Positions 8,352 through 18,719 of a stretch of 64,000 nucleotides of DNA are shown here, piece by piece. The position numbers were made by a program, and so were the translations under genes. A model generated the notes under the pieces. It saw only the letters and a program-made list of their open reading frames with translations. It had not been told where the DNA came from and searched no databases. The DNA comes from Chloroflexota bacterium (GTDB lineage: Bacteria > Chloroflexota > Dehalococcoidia > UBA2247 > JAXHVC01): the NCBI GenBank assembly GCA_034189315.1, contig JAXHVC010000224.1, positions 281-64,280 on the forward strand. The letters are read 5' to 3'. Position 1 is the first letter of the stretch, and each line of letters begins with the position of its first letter.

Positions 8352-11300
8352 GATGATATCCACTCCCGTCTTCATTCTTATTTCTTCTGGAATCAAGTCA
8401 CCCACTTTTGCCGTGGCTGCACAGATAACAGTGTCGGCTGCTCCATAATAGACTATGATCTCGTCCCCCACATCCAATAATTCCTTATCTTGCCGCGCTA
8501 CTGCACCACAAGTAAACACCACATTGGGGATCCAGGACTTGCCATGCTCACCAACTTCATAGGTCGCTAACGGTTCTAATATAGCATTAGGTGAACGATA
8601 GATAATCTTTGCTGGATCATTAAGATCCACCACCATGACCCCCAACCGATAGACATGTGCGAAATCTACACCGTGATAAATCAATAACCACCCATACTTT
8701 GTCTTAAGTGGTTGGGCACCAGCCCCCACCTTCACTCCATCCCAGGTTACACCTGAACGCGGTCCTGTCAATATTTTGTGGCCTTTCCTCGACCAAGGTG
8801 CATCTATGGTTTCAGAGTAGGATATCCATACACTAGGTTCAATGCGATGATACATGACGTATTTCCCATTGAACTTCTCAGGGAAAAGCACAGCATCTTT
8901 ATCAGCATACCCAGGAAAAGGTTGTCCATGCCTCTCCCATCTATCCCAACGATGATTCAGAAAATCCCCTATATCAATTGAAGCAATGGCGATTTGTGCT
9001 GCTATATGACTAAAGGCAGTGTATAGCATGTATACCCGGTTATCGATCACCACAATCCTAGGATCTTCACATCCTTTGCTCTCCTCCTCAACAGCTGGCC
9101 CATACACCGGATAAGGGAGTCGTTCACTTATGTGGATACCATCAGAGCTCTCGGCAAGACCTATCCTGGATATAGAATCCTCCCCATAGGCACGATATAG
9201 GAGATATGTAATCCCCTTTATAATCACTGCTCCACAATTAAGTACATATTTAGACTCCCAGGTATGATCTGATATCGGTTGAAGTATTGGATTCTCTTTC
9301 ACCCTACTAAGCACACCAGCTTCGGGTTGTTCCATAGCTAAAGGCTGTGCAGGTAATACCTTTGTCGTTTCTCTCCCTAGCGGCAATACTATATATGAGA
9401 GATCCTCCGATTCCCGGCCTTGCCCCATAAGCTCCACGATCTTTCCATCCAAGCGATTCTCATCACCACCAATCACCTCAAACAAGCGCAAGAGAAATTC
9501 ACGTGATGCCCAGTCTCTCTCCACATGCACAGATAAAGGCGTTGGGACACCCCTCCCCCCCCTGGCACTGTAACTCGACCAACTCCAACAAGAGCATGGA
9601 ATGAACTTACCTCCCGTTGTAGTCCAGGCAATATGGTAACAATCAGTGGCATGTTTAAGCATGCTTGCCAAATGTTTAAACTTTTCATGATGCACCATAT
9701 CTTGCACCATCATTCTTAGCCGCTCGACAAGAATTCTCTGATTCTTATCCTCAAATATGTTATGAGCAGATAGTGGCTCCCTTCCCCAATGCCCTTCGAT
9801 AGAATTAATCACTTTTCTGCCGAACTCCTTCTTTTCTTCGGCAAATATACGCCACATCTCGCCAAACCGCTCACCTTCGACAATATTCTTACAGACAAGT
9901 GTTAGATAACGCGTCTTAGGAAATTCGCCTCCCACTCCCTTGGGAAGGTTTGTAACCATAATCCGACCACTCAGCATATCTACTTCCGAAACACCTCTCG
10001 ACTCAAGTAACAAAGGAAATCTATCGTAATCTACCACCAAAGGCTTTAGTGAATCTAAAGTAAAATGATCTGGTCGCGCGTTACTCCTAATCCACGCCCA
10101 TATCCTTGCCCGATGCTCCATTTCTTCAGAAAGTCCAGCCAGAGCTAGGATGTCATTCGGAGCATATACCTTCTCAAGTTTTGACAGTGTGATCGGTCCC
10201 AATTTGAGCAGTAGATTAGAAGGTGGATACCGTCTAAGAAGCCAGGAAATAACATCAGGTTGAAGCATATATCCTTGCTCATAAGGCAATCTACTAAAAA
10301 CGGCATCTACAATCGAATCAACTCCATCCTGCATAGTGACATCTCCAGAAAGTAATGCCTCATCAAGATCTACTTCAAGATCCCTCATGAAATGCTTTAC
10401 TTCATAGACGACCTCTCGTGTATCAGCTCCATACGGTACACCCAGCGTACCATGGACAAAATGCTCAAATCCTTCCTTCAGATGCCCCACGATTTCCCGA
10501 TGAACAACATCTACTCGAGCTATCTCTCCATTCGGAGCAGTGATTTCATGCGGCATTATTAGTGCCACACCTGGGACAAACTCCCTACATGTTACATTGG
10601 GAAGCATGGGAAGAAAGGCTTCCTCCTTCTCTGTCCACCTGGTCATGAATTCAGACCGTTGTCTCACAAACTCACTGACCTGATCTTCAATCCACCCCTC
10701 AGCCTGCGATTGCACAATAGGTTTGGCCTCATCATGAGGAATCCTCGATAAACGGCTCTCGAGAAATCGGACCTGGTTTGCGAAACTAGCGAGTCTACCA
10801 TCATAAATTGGCACGAACGCGCTAAGTAAATCCTCTTTGTCGATATCACTAGCAAAGTTAAACGCACAGGCAAAATGATAGACTGTACGAGCCCATGTCT
10901 CAGTATTAAGAGAGAACTTCTCATCATCAGTCTCGGCCAGAGCTTCTAGTGTCTTGCATAGGTCTGGAGGCAAGATCCTTTCACATACGGTATGGTCATA
11001 ACGATTAAAGCCTTTTCTATACCTTGCCATCAGCCATATAGAATTCAACCGACTTTCAATAGGCCCCCGTCTCTCAGTATCCACAATCTCATCAACAGTA
11101 CGAAGTATATGCCCTCTCTCCTGCCACCAGTCACTATGCAATACAATACATTCAAACAAGGTTTTTGCCACTTCCCTTAGAGATACTTCCATCTTCCCGG
11201 GGGACGACTTGTGTAACCTGACACCCATATCAACTTCACATATCTTGACGTCACCAGTGATCGCACAAGTGACCATCCACAGATCCGTACCAAGTCCTCT

Positions 11301-11966
11301 GGTCTCGCTGAACCAGGCACCCGGGCTATTTAGGCAAAGATCCAGACTTGACCTGGACATGGCAAATTCTATTCCAAGAGGATCATGTATCTTCACTCCA
11401 TAGACACCTGCAATTAAAGGGTAAGCTAGATGTCTAGCAGTTGGCACCTCAAAGGAATGCCTATTGAATCTCGATACAGCAAGTCCATAATCATCATTGC
11501 GTATTGGAGATAGAATTCGATGGACCCAATCAGGGCTCATTCCCTTGTTTCCAGAGTTTGAGCTCTTCCTGCTTATCAGGTCAGCCTCAAATATGGCAAT
11601 ATCGGAACGTAGCAAGCTTGCTATCTCCATAATGGCTCGCAGACTCCACCCCTTACCACTCACCTTCTTACTGTTCATCAGGAATGAAATCCGCGATATA
11701 TTTCCTTCACGAGGAAGACCTCGTATCACCTCCAAGGTCGTACTTCCAGCTGCATCTCCAACACATACCACCACACACTTGTTGTCTGGATAGTACTTCC
11801 TTAGTCCATCCTCCACAGTAAGCAGTAAACCTGCAATAGTATCCATCTCTTTCCAAAATGGGATACCCACTACAATGTCTGCAGTTCCAATTGCTTCTAT
11901 CTCTTTTAATGCATTTCGCAAGGATTCGCGATATTCCTCCTCAACAGGGGAACTCTTACTTGTCAT
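8322..11966 (-). CDS. Multidomain protein: N-terminal nucleotide-sugar glycosyltransferase-like (GT-A) region, central unknown region, C-terminal GH130 (beta-mannoside phosphorylase/DUF377) domain
   Basis: The C-terminal ~330 aa carry GH130 hallmarks (GWLLIYHGVD, VVFTCGAV, IIVYYGAADTVICAA). The N-terminus (DIVVGIPFWKEMDTIA...CVGDAAGSTT) resembles GpgS/MGS-type GT-A synthases. The start is trimmed to the Met at 11966, which has a GGGGGTGA Shine-Dalgarno; the six-frame ORF extends to 12065. Confidence 0.7.
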   Translation of the reverse strand: MTSKSSPVEEEYRESLRNALKEIEAIGTADIVVGIPFWKEMDTIAGLLLTVEDGLRKYYPDNKCVVVCVGDAAGSTTLEVIRGLPREGNISRISFLMNSKKVSGKGWSLRAIMEIASLLRSDIAIFEADLISRKSSNSGNKGMSPDWVHRILSPIRNDDYGLAVSRFNRHSFEVPTARHLAYPLIAGVYGVKIHDPLGIEFAMSRSSLDLCLNSPGAWFSETRGLGTDLWMVTCAITGDVKICEVDMGVRLHKSSPGKMEVSLREVAKTLFECIVLHSDWWQERGHILRTVDEIVDTERRGPIESRLNSIWLMARYRKGFNRYDHTVCERILPPDLCKTLEALAETDDEKFSLNTETWARTVYHFACAFNFASDIDKEDLLSAFVPIYDGRLASFANQVRFLESRLSRIPHDEAKPIVQSQAEGWIEDQVSEFVRQRSEFMTRWTEKEEAFLPMLPNVTCREFVPGVALIMPHEITAPNGEIARVDVVHREIVGHLKEGFEHFVHGTLGVPYGADTREVVYEVKHFMRDLEVDLDEALLSGDVTMQDGVDSIVDAVFSRLPYEQGYMLQPDVISWLLRRYPPSNLLLKLGPITLSKLEKVYAPNDILALAGLSEEMEHRARIWAWIRSNARPDHFTLDSLKPLVVDYDRFPLLLESRGVSEVDMLSGRIMVTNLPKGVGGEFPKTRYLTLVCKNIVEGERFGEMWRIFAEEKKEFGRKVINSIEGHWGREPLSAHNIFEDKNQRILVERLRMMVQDMVHHEKFKHLASMLKHATDCYHIAWTTTGGKFIPCSCWSWSSYSARGGRGVPTPLSVHVERDWASREFLLRLFEVIGGDENRLDGKIVELMGQGRESEDLSYIVLPLGRETTKVLPAQPLAMEQPEAGVLSRVKENPILQPISDHTWESKYVLNCGAVIIKGITYLLYRAYGEDSISRIGLAESSDGIHISERLPYPVYGPAVEEESKGCEDPRIVVIDNRVYMLYTAFSHIAAQIAIASIDIGDFLNHRWDRWERHGQPFPGYADKDAVLFPEKFNGKYVMYHRIEPSVWISYSETIDAPWSRKGHKILTGPRSGVTWDGVKVGAGAQPLKTKYGWLLIYHGVDFAHVYRLGVMVVDLNDPAKIIYRSPNAILEPLATYEVGEHGKSWIPNVVFTCGAVARQDKELLDVGDEIIVYYGAADTVICAATAKVGDLIPEEIRMKTGVDIIGEAIMPTSP

Positions 11967-12190
11967 CCATATCACCCCCAATGTACATAGTAGACTTCTT
12001 TGCTGTATTATCAGGGTTGAGTCACGCCAATAAAAAGGGGGGCAAGTTAAGAAACAAGCCCCCACACGCCTATATATCTAAGTTTATACTATAAGAATAT
12101 GCGAAAATAGACTTAAGAAAACGCTTAGCTATGAGACCCACCACTGGGAGTCACATTACTGATATATTTAAAACAAACGATAGAATAGAA

Positions 12191-12955
12191 TCATATTACC
12201 TGCCTAAGCCCTGTCACGAACGATTTTACATTTGATATTGGATTATCCCCCGCGAGTAATTGAATAATGCGGCTACCCACTATAACACCATCCGCGATAG
12301 ATGCCACATGCCTTGCTTGTTCGGTTGTCGATATACCAAAACCTACGCACAGTGGCAGAGTAGTCTTTTGCCTAACCCTATAGACAAACGCATCTAGATC
12401 GGATGAGAGTTTTTGCCTGGCACCAGTTACTCCAGCCAAGGAAACAAGATAGACAAAACCACTAGATCTCCTTGTGACAAGATCGATCCGCTCCTCTGTA
12501 CTTGTGGGTGCAAGCAAATATGAGAGATGCAACCCATACTTACGACTGAGCTGTTCCAACTCGTTTCCCTCCTCTGGGGGTAAATCAGGGATGATGAATC
12601 CGTCAACTCCCGCTTCGTTTGCCGTACAACAGAACGAATCCAGCCCAAACCTGAGTATCGGATTGTAATAGCTCATAAACACTATGGGCACTTTGGTACG
12701 AGTTCGTAGTTTAGCCGCTACTTCAAGGCAGACCTCCGGTGTGACACCATTGAGTAAAGCCCGATAGCTAGCTTCTTGAATAGTCGCTCCATCGGCTAAT
12801 GGGTCGGAGAAAGGAATACCAAGCTCGATGATATCACAACCACAATCCGCTAGAAGCGGCACAGCTTCTAACGTCGTCTCTACGGACGGATAGCCCACCG
12901 TAAGATAAGCTATAAGGGCTTTATGCGTAAACGCAGATGCAATACGATCTATCAT
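12191..12955 (-). CDS. trpA: Tryptophan synthase alpha subunit
   Basis: 254-aa ORF with [10 protein letters not shown]...[17 protein letters not shown], a canonical TrpA. It overlaps trpB by 4 nt. Confidence 0.93.
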   Translation of the reverse strand: MIDRIASAFTHKALIAYLTVGYPSVETTLEAVPLLADCGCDIIELGIPFSDPLADGATIQEASYRALLNGVTPEVCLEVAAKLRTRTKVPIVFMSYYNPILRFGLDSFCCTANEAGVDGFIIPDLPPEEGNELEQLSRKYGLHLSYLLAPTSTEERIDLVTRRSSGFVYLVSLAGVTGARQKLSSDLDAFVYRVRQKTTLPLCVGFGISTTEQARHVASIADGVIVGSRIIQLLAGDNPISNVKSFVTGLRQVI

Positions 12956-14139
12956 CCTAATTCCAATTCCTGTAATACAATATGAAGGTCTTTATCCCCA
13001 CGTCCCGATAGATTCACTACTATGAGTGTATCACTAGGCAAATCACCCGCAAGCTTCATCGCGTAATAGACTGCATGCGACGACTCTAATGCAGGAATTA
13101 TGCCTTCGGTTTCCGAGAGAGTCTGGAAAGCCCCTAGCGCTTGACCATCATTAACAACTACATATTCCGCCCTGCCGATATCTTTATAGTAGCTATGTTC
13201 AGGGCCAACTCCAGGATAGTCCAAGCCAGGGGCAATACTATGAGTGCACATTATCTGACCATGCTCATCTTGCAGCAGATAGGTCTTAGTGCCATGTAAC
13301 ACGCCAGTACTTCCTTTAGCTAGACTGGCAGAATGCTGCCCATGAGAGAGAGATTTCCCCGCAGCCTCTACACCCACCATTTTTACTTCCATTGAATCTT
13401 CAAAGGGATAGAATATCCCCATAGCATTACTCCCCCCACCAACACAGGCAACCACATAGTCAGGCAGACGATGATACCTCGACATCATTTGCCTTTTTGC
13501 CTCCTTACCAATCACAGATTGGAAATCACGGACAATCTTAGGATATGGGTGAGGACCAACTACGGATCCAAGAAGAAAATACGTGTTGGTGACATTGGTC
13601 ACCCAATCACGAATAGCTTCGTTGATCGCATCTTTGAGAGTACGGCTACCCGCATCGACCGCACACACCTCAGCACCAAGCAGTTTCATTCTAGCCACAT
13701 TCTCAGACTGACGTTCTACATCTTCCTGTCCCATATAGACTACACACTCCAAACACAGGAGAGCACATGCTGTAGCCGTTGCTACTCCATGCTGCCCAGC
13801 TCCGGTCTCTGCCACAATACGGGTCTTCCCCATATATTTGGCTAGTAATGCCTGTCCCAAGGCATTGTTAATCTTGTGTGCACCAGTATGTGCTAGGTCT
13901 TCACGTTTGAGAATTATGGTTGCTCCACCAACCTTCGCTGTCAGTTGATTGGCCTGGTACAAAGGTGTAGGACGTCCAACATAATCGCACTGTAATGACT
14001 TAAGTTCTGCTTTGAACGAGGGCATAGAGGTAGTCTCTTGGTAACATTGCTCCAATTGGCTTAGAGCGCTCATCAGCGTCTCTGGAACAAACCTTCCCCC
14101 GTAGGGACCAAAATACCCTCGTCGATCTGGCGATTTCAA
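12952..14139 (-). CDS. trpB: Tryptophan synthase beta subunit
   Basis: 395-aa ORF with [19 protein letters not shown] and GGGSNAMG motifs. Confidence 0.95.
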   Translation of the reverse strand: MKSPDRRGYFGPYGGRFVPETLMSALSQLEQCYQETTSMPSFKAELKSLQCDYVGRPTPLYQANQLTAKVGGATIILKREDLAHTGAHKINNALGQALLAKYMGKTRIVAETGAGQHGVATATACALLCLECVVYMGQEDVERQSENVARMKLLGAEVCAVDAGSRTLKDAINEAIRDWVTNVTNTYFLLGSVVGPHPYPKIVRDFQSVIGKEAKRQMMSRYHRLPDYVVACVGGGSNAMGIFYPFEDSMEVKMVGVEAAGKSLSHGQHSASLAKGSTGVLHGTKTYLLQDEHGQIMCTHSIAPGLDYPGVGPEHSYYKDIGRAEYVVVNDGQALGAFQTLSETEGIIPALESSHAVYYAMKLAGDLPSDTLIVVNLSGRGDKDLHIVLQELELG

Positions 14140-14351
14140 TATCGCGTCTCCTTAAATCTAATCCTTAATAAAGGTGATCCACCTCAACTATGTTCTGATT
14201 TGCGTTACGAATAATACCTCATACCATAAAAATTGTCCTTAAGACTCGGGGAATGGTCCACTTCTTTACATCATTACGATTTCCACAATCATGCTCATCT
14301 TAATAATCCTCTATGGTGTCTACAAATTGTCAATATGAATAACCGAAATAG

Positions 14352-14957
14352 CTACGCATTTCTTGCAGCTTCTAGAAATGCACGGAGTTTGACGTGATCT
14401 TTCTTGCCGGGCTCACTCTCCACCCCACTGGAGACATCTACAGCATATGGGCCAACAGTCTTTATGGCAAGTTGCACGTTTTCAGGAGTCAACCCACCAG
14501 AAAGGATAATACGACCATAAGGCACAGCCTTTTTCGCAATACCCCAATCAAACACCTGGCCTGTGCCCCCCTGTCTCTCTGGGCTATACGCATCCAAGAG
14601 ATATGCTACAACCTTATAATTAGTTAGGGAATTCAATACAGAATCATCCTTCACTCTAAAAGCCTTTATCACCCTCGGTGATAGCTCACGGCAAAGCTCT
14701 GAGCTCTCTGAACCATGCAGCTGTACCAAATCCAATCCACATAAAGATATTGAATCTCTGATAATATCCAAATCCTCATCAACAAAGATACCAACCTTGG
14801 AAACAAACGGAGGTAACTCCTTCACTATACGGAGAGCATCTTGTATAGCTACCTGCCTTGGGCTTGGTGCAAAGACAAACCCTAAAGCCTCCGCTCCCAA
14901 TTCGATAGCAGCCAAGGCATCATCAACATTCGTTATACCACATACTTTAACCTTCAA
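14352..14957 (-). CDS. trpF: Phosphoribosylanthranilate isomerase
   Basis: 201-aa ORF starting MKVKVCGIT...ALGFVF. Its position in the trp operon and its 4-nt overlap with trpC support the call. Confidence 0.85.
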   Translation of the reverse strand: MKVKVCGITNVDDALAAIELGAEALGFVFAPSPRQVAIQDALRIVKELPPFVSKVGIFVDEDLDIIRDSISLCGLDLVQLHGSESSELCRELSPRVIKAFRVKDDSVLNSLTNYKVVAYLLDAYSPERQGGTGQVFDWGIAKKAVPYGRIILSGGLTPENVQLAIKTVGPYAVDVSSGVESEPGKKDHVKLRAFLEAARNA

Positions 14958-15736
14958 TTCACCGCGCTCCCCATCAACTCCTCGATCTTGGCACCAGGGT
15001 CTGAACTTGTCACTAGAGATTCACCTACCAACACCGCATGAACACCAGCCAGCCTTAATTGTTCAATATCTTTATGTGTCTTGATGCCACTCTCACTGAC
15101 TACGGTAACTGTAGATGGTAGCAGTGGAAGAAGGTCAAATGTAGTCTGCAGATCAACAGTAAAATCTGCCAGGTTCCGGTTGTTGATTCCAACCAGCTCG
15201 GCACCTGAAGCCAGTGCCACCTCTAATTCAGCTCGATTGTGTATCTCTACTATAGCAGCCATACCCAAGCTGTGAGCCAAATCCCGCAGCATTTCGATCT
15301 TATCAGGTTGCAGAATAGCGGCAATTAGAAGTATGGCATCAGCTCCATAGAGCCTAGCCTCATATACTTGATAGGGATCGATGATAAAATCCTTACGCAG
15401 CATTGGGAGTTCAACAACCCTACGTGCAATAGCCAAGTCATCCAGGCTACCCTTGAAGAATGTTGGCTCTGTTAGAACTGATATGGCACTGACCCTTGCC
15501 CTAGCATAACACACAGCAATATGTGCCACATCGAGGCCGGGACAAATCTCCCCCTTAGAAGGGGAGGCCTTCTTTATCTCAGCAATAAGATCAATCCCCT
15601 CACCCTGTAGTGACTGGGTGAAATTATTAGTACAACAACACCCGCTTAGAGATTCTTTGATACTGGAAAGTGGGGCTCTTTGTTTGTGTTTGGCTACCCG
15701 TTGTCGAGTGTCCTCCACTATACGGTCTAAAATCAA
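14954..15736 (-). CDS. trpC: Indole-3-glycerol phosphate synthase
   Basis: 260-aa ORF with ILDRIV...EIKKASPSKG...LRKDFII...VGINNRNL motifs. Confidence 0.9.
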   Translation of the reverse strand: MILDRIVEDTRQRVAKHKQRAPLSSIKESLSGCCCTNNFTQSLQGEGIDLIAEIKKASPSKGEICPGLDVAHIAVCYARARVSAISVLTEPTFFKGSLDDLAIARRVVELPMLRKDFIIDPYQVYEARLYGADAILLIAAILQPDKIEMLRDLAHSLGMAAIVEIHNRAELEVALASGAELVGINNRNLADFTVDLQTTFDLLPLLPSTVTVVSESGIKTHKDIEQLRLAGVHAVLVGESLVTSSDPGAKIEELMGSAVN

Positions 15737-15894
15737 TTTACACTCCGACGTATGACTAAATCACACAATCCCTTGTTACTCCATCGTCATACCAAATCAC
15801 CCACATCATTACATACCTAATACAGCATGAAATCACCTATACCCCCAAGGGATCTCTAAAGTAAAGGTTGTACATATTCTGTTTTGTATCCACT

Positions 15895-16908
15895 TTAGAA
15901 ACTATTGGTAAGCCTAACAAGGCTTTCAAGTTTCTCAGCCGCTTGTCCCGAATCGATCGCTCGAGCCGCAGCATGGAATCCTTCTTTTATGTCAGATACA
16001 TGACCAGCGATTGCCAGTGCTGCAGCAGCATTAAGTAGCACGATATCACGCTGCGGCCCTGGTTTGCCTTGCAACACATCCTTGGCTATTTGAACATTCT
16101 CCTCAATGCACCCCCCCTTAAGCTGCTCCATATCAGGAACCACAATTCCCATTTGTGCCGGATCAAAATAGAATGTTCTTTGCTCTCCATTACGTAGGCA
16201 AGTGACCTTATTCACACCTGTTGTCGACAGTTCATCTAATCCATCCGCACCATTCACAACAAGTACACGATGCGATCCCAACCGATTAAGCACTTCGCAC
16301 ATAACTTCAGTCAGTTTAGGATCATACACTCCAAGCAACTGAATGGGAGCAGAGGCGGGATTGGATAATGGCCCGAGTATGTTGAAGATAGTCCTGATAC
16401 CCATCTCTTTTCTTGTAGGTGCAGCGTGTTTCATAGCTGGATGCAAACTTTGTGCAAACAGAAATCCAATACCCACTTCATCAATACATCTGCCCATTTG
16501 TTCTGGGGTAATATCGATCCTCACAGACAACGCATCAAGCAGATCAGCACTGCCACATTTACTGGATACGGCACGATTACCATGCTTGGCAACAGGTAGA
16601 CCAGCGCCATCCACAACAAAAGCCGCGATCGTAGATATATTGAATGTGCCAACCCCATCCCCACCAGTACCACATGTATCCACTAGAGGTGACCTATTAG
16701 ACTTCACCTTAATGGAATGTGCACGCATAGCTCTGGCACACCCTGCTATCTCATCAATCGTCTCGCCCTTTAATCTTAAAGCAGTAAGGAAGCTTCCCAT
16801 CTGGCTGGGAGTGGCTTCTCCCTCCATTATCTCTCTCATCACCATCTCAGATTCTTGCTCACTGAGATCTTCTCTAGTTACAACCTTAGCTATAGCTTCA
16901 CGTATCAT
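15895..16908 (-). CDS. trpD: Anthranilate phosphoribosyltransferase
   Basis: 337-aa ORF with the GTGGDG motif and the NGAD...LDE region. Confidence 0.9.
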   Translation of the reverse strand: MIREAIAKVVTREDLSEQESEMVMREIMEGEATPSQMGSFLTALRLKGETIDEIAGCARAMRAHSIKVKSNRSPLVDTCGTGGDGVGTFNISTIAAFVVDGAGLPVAKHGNRAVSSKCGSADLLDALSVRIDITPEQMGRCIDEVGIGFLFAQSLHPAMKHAAPTRKEMGIRTIFNILGPLSNPASAPIQLLGVYDPKLTEVMCEVLNRLGSHRVLVVNGADGLDELSTTGVNKVTCLRNGEQRTFYFDPAQMGIVVPDMEQLKGGCIEENVQIAKDVLQGKPGPQRDIVLLNAAAALAIAGHVSDIKEGFHAAARAIDSGQAAEKLESLVRLTNSF

Positions 16909-16920
16909 AAGTTTTACCTT

Positions 16921-18492
16921 TCACGCTATCCGGTTTTCTGCCATACGAATTGCGGCCTCCGCAGCCTTAACTTTGTTCAAAGTCTCGTGATATTCAAGCA
17001 GCGGATCGGAATCGGCAACCACACCAGCCCCCCCTTGAAGATAGACAGTGTCACCAATCATAACAATGGTCCGGATAGTGATGCAGGTATCCATATTACC
17101 ACTGAACCCAAAGTATCCTACAGCACCAGCATAGGGTCCCCGCTTAATCCCTTCCAATTCAGTAATGATGTCCATAGCTCGAATCTTGGGTGCACCAGTG
17201 ACCGTGCCAGCAGGAAAGCATGCCCTAAGCAAACTAAAAGCATCGTACCCACCCCGTAGGTCTCCCTTTACCGAAGACACTATGTGCATTACATGTGAGT
17301 ACCGCTCAATGCCCATATACAAAGGCAAGGTAACGCTACCATAATTGCATACCCTACCGATGTCATTTCGACCAAGATCCACCAACATAACATGCTCTGC
17401 TAGCTCCTTGGGATCGGACAGGAGACTTTCACACAAAGCACTATCCTCTTCATCATCCTTCCCCCTAGGTCTCGTACCTGCTATTGGTCTGGTCTCCGCC
17501 TTGCCATCTTCAAGTTTCACAAGCGTCTCAGGCGAAGAACCTATTAGTTGGAAATCACCAAAATTCAGGTAAAACATATATGGGGATGGATTCAATCTTC
17601 GCAAGGATCGATATATGTCGAAGGGATTCGCCCAAGTCTGGCGATACAGACGCTGTGAGGGTACAACCTGAAGTATATCCCCCGCATATATATACTCCTT
17701 CCCAGCTTTCACCATATCCATAAACTGGGTTTGCGAAAAATTGGATGTTAGCTCAGGAGTTGTTTTCGGGGAAACCAAATGGTTCAATTGCAGCTTCGAA
17801 GATAGGCCATGGCCAAGGACCTCAACCAGCGAATCAATTCTATCTATAGCCTCATTATAGGTCATAGCCCCAGGAAGCACATTGCAGACTATCTTCATAC
17901 AATGCTGTAAATGGTCAAAAATCACTAATGTATCTGTGAATAAGAAAACACTATCGGGTAGGGCAAGGTTATCTCTTGTGCATGCATCCAATCCTTCAAA
18001 AAAATGTACGACGTCGTACGAGATATACCCAACAGCTCCCCCAAAGAATCTAGGGAGACCGGGAATCCTTGCCACTGGAGGCCTTATTAATAGTTGCTGA
18101 ATTAGATGAAGAGGATCAGGGCCTTCGGATGAATCCGCTAAGGTCACTCTTTGCTCCGAACCATTTCGACAAATAAATCCCTCATTACCTGATGTCTTTA
18201 CAACAAGATATGGATCAAATCCTATAAAAGAATATCTACCAATACTCTCCCCTCTCTCTATACTCTCCAATAAAAAACAAGGGGGGTTCTTACGCAGCTT
18301 GAGGAATACAGATATCGGAGTTTCCAGGTCCGCAGGAAGTTCACGTAATACTGGCACAAGACAACCAGCGTCTGCAAGACGTTCAAAAGTATCCTTATCT
18401 GGTATATACATAAAAAGAAACTCCTCAAGCAACCTAGGAAAGTAGCAAACCAACCAATCATAAAAAACTGAGGGATCTACTGTTAATAACAT
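16921..18492 (-). CDS. trpE: Anthranilate synthase component I
   Basis: 523-aa ORF with the chorismate-binding C-terminus (GYFGFSGNMDTCITIRT...GGAGVVADSDP). No trpG/pabA-type amidotransferase is nearby. Confidence 0.9.
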   Translation of the reverse strand: MLLTVDPSVFYDWLVCYFPRLLEEFLFMYIPDKDTFERLADAGCLVPVLRELPADLETPISVFLKLRKNPPCFLLESIERGESIGRYSFIGFDPYLVVKTSGNEGFICRNGSEQRVTLADSSEGPDPLHLIQQLLIRPPVARIPGLPRFFGGAVGYISYDVVHFFEGLDACTRDNLALPDSVFLFTDTLVIFDHLQHCMKIVCNVLPGAMTYNEAIDRIDSLVEVLGHGLSSKLQLNHLVSPKTTPELTSNFSQTQFMDMVKAGKEYIYAGDILQVVPSQRLYRQTWANPFDIYRSLRRLNPSPYMFYLNFGDFQLIGSSPETLVKLEDGKAETRPIAGTRPRGKDDEEDSALCESLLSDPKELAEHVMLVDLGRNDIGRVCNYGSVTLPLYMGIERYSHVMHIVSSVKGDLRGGYDAFSLLRACFPAGTVTGAPKIRAMDIITELEGIKRGPYAGAVGYFGFSGNMDTCITIRTIVMIGDTVYLQGGAGVVADSDPLLEYHETLNKVKAAEAAIRMAENRIA

Positions 18493-18719
18493 GCGGAAAA
18501 TATCACTTCAGAAGACCCTTGTCAAACAAGAATAGTTGATATCGTTGATTTTGGCACCTTAAAGTATTAGAATGCCTGGTATCATTCTCTAGGGCTATTA
18601 TATTCTACATATATGCTCTCACCCATTTAAGCCTCTGTATCAAATGCGGACAGACCAAGGGAGCGATGAATTCCAAAATGTATCGAATCTGATTCTAATA
18701 GAATTCCACGAAAGAGGAG

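Noticed and set aside
11967-12065. N-terminal 33-aa extension of the GH130 fusion ORF (MGACFLTCPPFYWRD...)
   Set aside because: The internal Met at 11966 has a good GGGGGTGA Shine-Dalgarno and the upstream residues look non-native. Feature start trimmed accordingly. Similar trimming was applied to map, rplW, rpsZ, the crotonase at 28.5 kb and the second vWA gene.
16343-16990. 215-aa plus-strand ORF
   Set aside because: Antisense to trpD and trpE, which have unmistakable homology. Typical shadow ORF.
18493-18719. Possible T-box or attenuator leader upstream of trpE
   Set aside because: No tandem Trp codons, specifier-loop or T-box consensus (AGGGUGGNACCGCG) could be recognised by eye. Left uncalled.
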